Part shown: positions 57,098-64,000 of the stretch, one piece after another
Layout of the letters: the number at the start of each line of letters is the position of its first letter
Numbering within the stretch: position 1 is the first letter of the stretch
Assembly: GCA_032161105.1 (NCBI GenBank)
Contig: JAVHTD010000007.1
Origin: Candidatus Thermosaccharophagus tengchongensis
Lineage (GTDB): Bacteria; Armatimonadota; Fervidibacteria; Fervidibacterales; Thermosaccharophagaceae
Length of the DNA stretch: 64,000 bases
Strand: one strand, 5' to 3'
Notes under the pieces: generated by a model
The model's input: only the letters and a program-made list of their open reading frames with translations
Told to the model about the DNA's origin: nothing
Databases searched by the model: none
Translations under genes and position numbers: made by a program

Positions 57098-58243
57098 ATG
57101 CAATATCGTAAACTCGGACAAACGGGGCTTACTGTGTCTGCGCTGGGCTTCGGGTGCATGCGCTTGCCCAAGCTAAAAGACGATCCAAGAGTGGTTGACA
57201 GGGATGCGTCAGTGGCGCTCTTCTTGAGAGCTTATGAGCTTGGCGTGAACTTCTTTGACACCGCATACCTCTATGATGGCGGTGACAGCGAGCGTGCTTT
57301 GGGCGAGTTTCTGAAGCATGTGCCCCGTGAGAAGGTTATCATACAGGACAAGAACCCAGTTGGACACCAGTGGTGGCAAATCCCCGGAAATGAGGCGCCA
57401 GCATCGCTGTGGCGAAGATGCCTTGAGGAAATGCTTGAAAGGCTTGGCACCGACTACATTGATGTGTGTCTCTTCCATGACACGCAGATGGTCGCATTCC
57501 GCATACTCGTGAAGGCTCAAAACGGTTTGCTCCAAGAGGCGCTCAAAGCCAAGGAGGAGGGTTTGATAAAGCACATCGGATTTTCATCGCACGATACGCC
57601 ATACAACATCATCCGCATGATTGAGATGTCTGATGGCGCCATTGAATCCATCGTCATCCAATACAACTTGCTTGATAGGCGCAATGAGCCGGTGATTGAC
57701 TACTGCCGAAAGAACGGCATTGGTGTTGCCATAATGGGACCAATTGGCGGCGGCAGGCTAATCCATCCATCCGAGATTTATCAAAAGGCGCTCGGGGTGA
57801 AAAGCACGCCGGAGTTGGCGCTCAGATTCGTGCTCTCAAACCCCGGCGTAAGCACCGCCATGTCGGGCATGAACAGCCTTGAACAGCTTGAGCAAAATGC
57901 AGCTGTTGCATCGGATACAAAACAACTCTCACAGCAGGAGCTTGAGTTGATTGACCGTTTGCAGAGGGAGAATGAGCGCCTGCTCAATCTGTATTGCACT
58001 GGCTGCAGCTATTGCATGCCCTGCCCAAATGGTGTGAATATACCCGGCAACTTCGCTGCCATGATAACGCTGCGCGTTCATGGGTTGAGGGAATTAGCCA
58101 TACAGCAGTATAGGGCACTCGGTGAAGCAATTGCCGAAGCCTGTGTCGGATGCGGTGAGTGCATCGGGAAATGCCCACAGCAAATTGACATACCAAACCG
58201 CCTCAAGGAAGTGGCGGAGACATTCGCGGCGCTGCGCAAGTGA
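57098..58243 (+). CDS. Aldo/keto reductase with C-terminal 4Fe-4S dicluster
   Basis: LGFGCMRLP, FDTAYLY, GFSSH, CTGCSYCMPCP, CVGCGECIGKCPQ. Confidence 0.92.
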   Translation: MQYRKLGQTGLTVSALGFGCMRLPKLKDDPRVVDRDASVALFLRAYELGVNFFDTAYLYDGGDSERALGEFLKHVPREKVIIQDKNPVGHQWWQIPGNEAPASLWRRCLEEMLERLGTDYIDVCLFHDTQMVAFRILVKAQNGLLQEALKAKEEGLIKHIGFSSHDTPYNIIRMIEMSDGAIESIVIQYNLLDRRNEPVIDYCRKNGIGVAIMGPIGGGRLIHPSEIYQKALGVKSTPELALRFVLSNPGVSTAMSGMNSLEQLEQNAAVASDTKQLSQQELELIDRLQRENERLLNLYCTGCSYCMPCPNGVNIPGNFAAMITLRVHGLRELAIQQYRALGEAIAEACVGCGECIGKCPQQIDIPNRLKEVAETFAALRK

Positions 58244-58252
58244 GCCGTCACT

Positions 58253-59818
58253 TTAATTTGGGCAAGAACCCGACCGCTTGCGTTGTGAGAGCAATTGGGG
58301 CATGATCTCGTCCAGAAGATGGAGGGCATCTTCCCTCGTTTTCACCCTCCCCGCAATTTGTGCCCTTTTAACTATGCGTAGTGCTTCCCCGACAAGCGGA
58401 CCTTGCGATATGCCATATCGTCTCATCACATCGTGCCCGCTGATCAACTTCGGGTAAGCTTGCATTTCTTTAAGGCGCTCATTAACCCTGATCAGCTCAA
58501 GAAGCACCCTCATATGGTCTATCATTTGCTCGGGCGTCATTTCAGCACCGCGTGTTGCGAGCATGTCCGCAAGCGAAACAAGAATGACAGTCACTCCGAT
58601 GCGCTCGTCACCCCTCATCCAAAAGCGCCTTAGAGCCCTCTCCGATGGCGCTTTATCCTTCGCAAGCCAAATCGGTTGCATATGCCTTCTCACAGCTTGA
58701 ACGATGAGGTGTGTTTCAGCCTTGCTCAGCTTAAACCGAGCGCAAATTTGCTCGGCAAGTTCAGCACCAATCGCATCATGCTTGAAGAAGCACAGGTCGC
58801 CGTTCTCATCGCGGCGCATCGTCATCGGTTTACCAATGTCATGCAGCAGCACTGCCATCTTTAGGGCAAACAGGTTGGTGCGGCGCTCAACGAGCGGTTG
58901 GGAATAGCGCTCAATATACGGTTTCAGCGCATCGTATAATGCCGCTCCTATATCCCTCCATTCGTCCTCAATCCAATCCTCCCCGCCAACGAGCAGCTCA
59001 ACGAATTTAAGTGCCTCAACCGAGTGCCTAAATCCGTCAAGGTGATGGTAGCCTTCCGCAGGAACAAGCTTTAAACTCTCAACCTCCGGCAGCACGCTTG
59101 AAAGCAAATTGCATTCATTCATCAAGCTGATCATGAAGGAGCCACTTTGGCTCTGAAGCGTCAGCGCAAACTCATCTCGTATCCGCTCCCATGAGCATCT
59201 CAATATGAGGTTGCTATGCGCTTTTATGGCGTTGAGCACGCTACCGTGTATTCCGAATCCGAGTGTGGCGGCGAACCGAAAAGCCCGCAACATGCGCACC
59301 GGGTCGTCGTTAATTAACTTGGCTTCAAGCCCACTATGCATCCTGATGATGCGGTGAATGAGGTCGTCATAGCACGGTGAGGTTTTCGGAAACTGCACAT
59401 CGGCTTCAATTGCCTTCCCAGCTCGCCTTATCGTCTCAACCGGGATTGCCATGGAGTTCACAGTGAAGTCGCGGTTTAATAGGTCGTCTTCAAGCGTCGT
59501 CCTGATGGCGGTCATATCAACCTGCAAAACTCTGTCACAGCAGCGCTTTACCACCCTTGCCGTCTTTGGCTCCTCGTGCAGCGGGACAAACTTTCCACCA
59601 AGGGCGTTAGCAAGCGCGATGCCATATGCGAACGGGTCTGCGCTCACCGCTATGTCAATGTCGTCCGAAACGATGCCCAGAAATAGGTCACGGACAAATC
59701 CGCCCACGATGTAAGCCTTCGCATTCAGCTGCTCGGAGACCGATGAAAGGCAAGTTATGGCATTCCAATGTTCTTCGGGCAGCTCAATGGGCGTGAGTTT
59801 CATTGTGCACAGCGCCAT
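58253..59818 (-). CDS. Class II tRNA nucleotidyltransferase with HD domain (probably CC-adding)
   Basis: YIVGGFVRD..DIDIAV, RDFTVNSMA, DDPVRMLRAFRF, ERIRDE, LLHDIGK. Confidence 0.85.
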   Translation of the reverse strand: MALCTMKLTPIELPEEHWNAITCLSSVSEQLNAKAYIVGGFVRDLFLGIVSDDIDIAVSADPFAYGIALANALGGKFVPLHEEPKTARVVKRCCDRVLQVDMTAIRTTLEDDLLNRDFTVNSMAIPVETIRRAGKAIEADVQFPKTSPCYDDLIHRIIRMHSGLEAKLINDDPVRMLRAFRFAATLGFGIHGSVLNAIKAHSNLILRCSWERIRDEFALTLQSQSGSFMISLMNECNLLSSVLPEVESLKLVPAEGYHHLDGFRHSVEALKFVELLVGGEDWIEDEWRDIGAALYDALKPYIERYSQPLVERRTNLFALKMAVLLHDIGKPMTMRRDENGDLCFFKHDAIGAELAEQICARFKLSKAETHLIVQAVRRHMQPIWLAKDKAPSERALRRFWMRGDERIGVTVILVSLADMLATRGAEMTPEQMIDHMRVLLELIRVNERLKEMQAYPKLISGHDVMRRYGISQGPLVGEALRIVKRAQIAGRVKTREDALHLLDEIMPQLLSQRKRSGSCPN

Positions 59819-59827
59819 TTGTTTGAT

Positions 59828-61519
59828 TCACCCCTGCGGCAACTCTATCGCGCATGAACCGGAAACGGGCATCGCAACGATATAACGAGGTTCTAAACAC
59901 CTCGGTTCGTAGTAGCGCTCAATCATCGCCTCAAGAAGCTTATGGAGGGATTCCTCCCTCACCAACGCCATGATGCATCCTCCCAAGCCGGCACCGCAAA
60001 GCTGTGCGCCTAAAACGCCCTCCACGCTGTTCGCAACATCAACCATGAAGTCAATTGATGGAGTGCTGCACCTGTAACTGCCCGGTTGACGCCAGATCTC
60101 CGCGCCCTCAACCTCTCCGGTTGGCTCTGTCCTGCATGCCCTGATTAACCTCTTAAGGTGTGCATCACTGCACTTGCTCGCATACTTCCTCATTCGCCCC
60201 TCATCGTCCATCCTTGCAACCCTGTCACCGTCATGCGATATGTTGATGAGTAGCCCGAATTCATCAATGCGCCCCTCCGAGAACAACTTTGCCGTGCGCC
60301 TGCTGCGCTCGCATTCGGAGACGCCAAATAGGCAAACGCCCCTTATTGGGTAGCCGTCTTTCGGTGGTGTGTGCATTGAGGCTATCCTCAATGCCCGTTC
60401 ATGCCAATTTGGAGAAAGTTGACTCAGTATGTCGTAAAGCGAAGCCTTGAGTGGCAGCTCAAGGAGAAGCTTATAAACATCTGCCGTGCTTCCAACAACC
60501 TGAGGATTGATGTCGCTGAATTGCTTGAGGGCGTCTTGAAATTCAGGATGGCGATCCAAGATGAGCATAAAGCCGAACTCATAGCAGGCGACGCGCTGAT
60601 TGAAGATGTCGCGGGCGTTGCCAGCCTTGTGCGCGAATTCGTGCGAGTGAAACACGACCACCTTGTAGCCACCCGGAAACGGGCTGTAGGTTACAGATAA
60701 TGGGTTCGTCGTTATGTGGGACACATATCCGGCTTTTGCGCACTTTATCGCCGCATGGTCGCCGGCACCACCCCTTGTCCCGACATACCATTCGCCATAA
60801 CCGCACAGCTTGACGAACTCCTCGTTGTCCTTGAAGCGGCATTCGTTGAGCGAAAGCAAGGCTTCGCATGCCACCATAAACAGCGCAGATGAAGATGCAA
60901 GACCACCCGATGGCGGAACATCACCATACACCAAGATGTCCATCCCTTTGAGCGGCGGGCTCAGCGAGCCATCGCTTAAGCGGAAGCGCTCTTGAAGCAT
61001 GACCGCAGCGCCCTTGATGTAATCACTCCAATGGGCTGGCTCTCCCATCTTTCGCCGCTCCTCAACTTGCGCCATAGTCCAGCTGTCCCACTCTGAGATG
61101 CTTGCAAGCTTGCGCGGCGGGAGCAACTCGGCAATCCTGAAATGCCTTGCGGTGTATTTGTGAGCCTCAACATTGTGTGCGTTTATAGCATCATCATCCC
61201 TTGGCGCAGCTACAGCAATGAGTTCGGCGCTGAGCGCAATCGGATTAACTGTTCCGCCGCGATGGTCAATGTGGCGCCCCATCAGGTTTAACCTTCCCGG
61301 AGCTCTTGCGAGTATGGCTCTCCTTCCGTGCCCAAAGAGCCTTGCAGCGCTCTCCAGCAAAAGTTTGAAGGCGCAACGGCGCTCGTTCAGTATGCCATCA
61401 TCGTTCCCATAGAACATTTGCATGTGGCTCTTGAAGCCATGTTCGTCGGAAACGAAATTGAGCCATTGCTCCACCGTCATGAGCTTCCTCATGGTCGCTG
61501 CACCTACCAAAAGCTTCAC
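59828..61519 (-). CDS. Galactokinase-family (GHMP) sugar kinase
   Basis: APGRLNLMGRHIDH, PPSGGLASSSA, GAQLCGAGLGG. Confidence 0.85.
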   Translation of the reverse strand: MKLLVGAATMRKLMTVEQWLNFVSDEHGFKSHMQMFYGNDDGILNERRCAFKLLLESAARLFGHGRRAILARAPGRLNLMGRHIDHRGGTVNPIALSAELIAVAAPRDDDAINAHNVEAHKYTARHFRIAELLPPRKLASISEWDSWTMAQVEERRKMGEPAHWSDYIKGAAVMLQERFRLSDGSLSPPLKGMDILVYGDVPPSGGLASSSALFMVACEALLSLNECRFKDNEEFVKLCGYGEWYVGTRGGAGDHAAIKCAKAGYVSHITTNPLSVTYSPFPGGYKVVVFHSHEFAHKAGNARDIFNQRVACYEFGFMLILDRHPEFQDALKQFSDINPQVVGSTADVYKLLLELPLKASLYDILSQLSPNWHERALRIASMHTPPKDGYPIRGVCLFGVSECERSRRTAKLFSEGRIDEFGLLINISHDGDRVARMDDEGRMRKYASKCSDAHLKRLIRACRTEPTGEVEGAEIWRQPGSYRCSTPSIDFMVDVANSVEGVLGAQLCGAGLGGCIMALVREESLHKLLEAMIERYYEPRCLEPRYIVAMPVSGSCAIELPQG

Positions 61520-61639
61520 AACCCTGATGGTGATGACTTTACCTTAAGCATCATAGCCGCGAAGTGCGGGCTTGTTCAACCCACATGTGGCTGCTCTCCC
61601 TATCAACGAATCACAGCTTGCATCATAATTGCATTTGCC

Positions 61640-62071
61640 ATGGAGGGTAAGAAGACCACAGATGCATATTCGCTGTTGCGCACGCACAAGATGCGCGTTA
61701 CTGCGGTTCGCAAGGCAGTGATTGAAGAACTCAGCGACATGCGGCACAGCGACGCCAAAGAGCTCTTCAGAAGGCTTGCCGCACGCGGAATCAGCAGGGC
61801 ATCTGTGTATCGCACGCTTTCACTGCTTGAACGCATGGGTATCGTTTCAAAGGCGCTTTACGGCGAGCGCCATAGCCACTATGAACTCACATGCATGCGA
61901 CAGCCACATGACCACCTCGTCTGCATGCAGTGCGGGCGCGTCATTGAATTTGAATGTCCAGAGATTGAGCGCCTTCAAGCCAGAGTCATAAAGGAGCACG
62001 GGTTTAAGTTTGTGGAGCGCGTCTTTGAGATACGGGGGATATGCCAAAAGTGCCGCCAGAGGGGAAAATAA
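61640..62071 (+). CDS. Fur-family transcriptional regulator
   Basis: RVT..R, SRASVYRTL, HDHLVCMQCGRVIEF, GICQKC. Confidence 0.9.
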   Translation: MEGKKTTDAYSLLRTHKMRVTAVRKAVIEELSDMRHSDAKELFRRLAARGISRASVYRTLSLLERMGIVSKALYGERHSHYELTCMRQPHDHLVCMQCGRVIEFECPEIERLQARVIKEHGFKFVERVFEIRGICQKCRQRGK

Positions 62072-62126
62072 TCGCCCGATGAGCTATACACTCATAGCGT
62101 GCCGGCGCAGTGGTAGCTCGCTTAAA

Positions 62127-63077
62127 TCACACTCGTGAGTTTGAAAATGGCTCCGGCAAAGGGAAGCGCATCTCCTCATGAGCAAACTCAACTTCATCAA
62201 CTTGAGTTTCAAATTGGCTCAGCTGGCGCAGCCTCTCAACAACGCCCATAACTATTTGCTCCGGCGTTGATGCGCTTGCGGTGATGCCTATAACACTCAA
62301 CCCCTCAAGCTGAGCTACATCAATGTCACCCGCATCCTCAACGAGGAATGCCATCGTGCCGCTTTCTATGGCAACTTCGCATAGCCTCTGTGCATTTGAG
62401 CTGTTATGTGAACCCACAACGAGTATGCCGTCGCACATTTGAGCCAACAGCTTAACTGCGTTCTGCCTGTTTTGAGTCGCATAGCAGATGTCCCACGATG
62501 GCGGCGCTTCAAGGTGTGGAAAGCGCCTTCGCAGCGCCTCAACCACAACCTTTGCAGCATCAATGCTCAGAGTCGTTTGGGTTAAGTAGACGACCTTTTC
62601 CGGGTTGGGCAAGTTTATGCTTTCAACATCGCACGGCTCACTCACAACCACAGTTTGTTCCGGCGCTTCACCAACCGTTCCTTCAACCTCATCATGCCCC
62701 TTGTGCCCTATGAGCACGATTGAATATCCCTTTTTCGCATACTTCCTTACCTCCGCATGCACCTTGCTGACGAGTGGGCATGTGGCATCAATGACCCTCA
62801 ACCTCTTTTGCATTGCCCTCTCTCGGACGGATGGCGAGACACCGTGAGCGCTAAAGATGATGAGGGCACCATCGGGGACTTCCTCCACTGAGTGGACAAA
62901 CACAGCACCACTTCGGCGCAACTCCTCAACGACATGTTTATTGTGGACAATCTGTCGGTGGACATAAACTGGATGCGGGAATTCGCTCAGTGCCCTCTTG
63001 ACCGTCTCAATTGCCCGCACAACTCCAGCACAAAAGCCCCTTGGCTTCGCAAGCAAGATGCGACGGAGCTCCAACAT
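62127..63077 (-). CDS. ispH: 4-hydroxy-3-methylbut-2-enyl diphosphate reductase
   Basis: PRGFCAGV, IVHN, SAHG, DATCPLV, TQTT, ICYATQNRQ, SSN. Confidence 0.96.
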   Translation of the reverse strand: MLELRRILLAKPRGFCAGVVRAIETVKRALSEFPHPVYVHRQIVHNKHVVEELRRSGAVFVHSVEEVPDGALIIFSAHGVSPSVRERAMQKRLRVIDATCPLVSKVHAEVRKYAKKGYSIVLIGHKGHDEVEGTVGEAPEQTVVVSEPCDVESINLPNPEKVVYLTQTTLSIDAAKVVVEALRRRFPHLEAPPSWDICYATQNRQNAVKLLAQMCDGILVVGSHNSSNAQRLCEVAIESGTMAFLVEDAGDIDVAQLEGLSVIGITASASTPEQIVMGVVERLRQLSQFETQVDEVEFAHEEMRFPLPEPFSNSRV

Positions 63078-63266
63078 GCCACATGCCCCCAATTCCCTCC
63101 GAGCGGAGGGCAGCTCTTCTTCAACTTTAAAGTTGCCACAGCTTTTGGTTTGCCGCCAAAATGTGAGTGGCAATGTCAATGTATACGCACACCGGAATGC
63201 GATAGGATGAGGGATTTGCGAATGTGATAGGATGCCTGCCGACTTTGGAGGGTGAACTGAACGAGC

Positions 63267-64000
63267 ATGCAAATGTGCCCTGAGTGCAGTGCTGACAATT
63301 TGGATGGGGCTATCGTGTGCTCAAAATGCGGTGCACAGCTGCGCGGTTTGCTCGGCTCACTGACGGTGCTTAACAATCGCTACCGTGTGCTCAGGGTTCT
63401 CGGATGCGGCGGAATGGGCGCCGTGTATCTTGCCGAAGATATAGCCCTCTATGGGCGGAAGGTCGCCATCAAGGAAAACCTTGACACCTCACACGAGGGC
63501 AAGAGGCAATTTGAGACCGAAGCGAGAATCCTATCAACGCTGTCGCACCCGAATCTGCCAAGGGTCTTTGACTTCTTCACATCCGGCGGAAAGCAGTATG
63601 TCGTCATGGACTACATCGCCGGAGAAGACTTGCTCAAACTCGTTGAGCGCAATGGACCGCAGGAACTTGAGGAAGCGTTGAAGTGGTTCTGGCAGGTGTG
63701 CGATGCCGTTGAGTATCTTCACAGCCAATCACCACCGGTGATACACCGAGACATAAAACCGAGCAACATCAAGATACAGCCCGATGGCAGGGCAATACTT
63801 GTTGACTTTGGGATTGCCAAATTCTACCGTCCGGGACAAAAGACGGCTGTCGGTGCACAGGCGGTCACTCCCGGCTTTTCACCGATTGAGCAGTATGGGA
63901 AAGGCATCACTGACCAGCGCTCCGATGTCTATTCACTTGCAGCCACATTTTACTTTGCCCTGACAGGTGTTGTGCCACCGGAGGCAATTGAGAGGTTGAC
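63267..64000 (+). CDS. Hanks-type Ser/Thr protein kinase with N-terminal zinc ribbon, 3'-truncated by the window edge (absent from the ORF track)
   Basis: Hand translation: MQMCPEC..CSKCG, NRYRVLRVLGCGGMGAVY, VAIKE, HPNLP, IHRDIKPSN, VDFGIAK, TPGFSPIEQY. Confidence 0.93.
   Translation, partial: MQMCPECSADNLDGAIVCSKCGAQLRGLLGSLTVLNNRYRVLRVLGCGGMGAVYLAEDIALYGRKVAIKENLDTSHEGKRQFETEARILSTLSHPNLPRVFDFFTSGGKQYVVMDYIAGEDLLKLVERNGPQELEEALKWFWQVCDAVEYLHSQSPPVIHRDIKPSNIKIQPDGRAILVDFGIAKFYRPGQKTAVGAQAVTPGFSPIEQYGKGITDQRSDVYSLAATFYFALTGVVPPEAIERL

Overview
Gene-dense bacterial chromosome segment of roughly mid-50s % GC (estimated by eye) with about 45 CDS. The lipoprotein style, Tat-exported sugar oxidoreductases and large glycosidases are suggestive of a thermophilic Armatimonadota-like organism (inference only). 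Housekeeping genes include thiE-thiL, galT, folP, two hsp20, secD-secF, ribD-ribE-ribBA, hemA, a tRNA nucleotidyltransferase, a galK-like kinase, fur, ispH and a truncated Ser/Thr kinase. The most unusual loci are: (i) a three-gene cluster (5.6-9.7 kb) of an apparently dead NucS/PD-(D/E)XK-like protein, a GAF-GAF-GGDEF protein ending in an orphan HisKA box, and a REC-GAF-HD-GYP protein lacking its HD motif; (ii) an AmmeMemoRadiSam operon with DUF362 in which all three proteins seem to carry export signals, plus a second divergent AmrS coupled to a Dph6-like ATP pyrophosphatase; (iii) a ccmF-hemA-(7-heme c/cytochrome b)-(16-heme repeat cytochrome) cluster; (iv) a 39.6-45 kb accessory block with two lipoprotein genes bracketed by a 17-bp direct repeat, REPIN-like palindromes and a divergent GH98-like gene; (v) a probable 6S RNA on the minus strand near 16.1-16.3 kb. 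No rRNA, tRNA, CRISPR array, transposase or integrase was seen. All family calls come from recognising motifs by eye, not from database searches.
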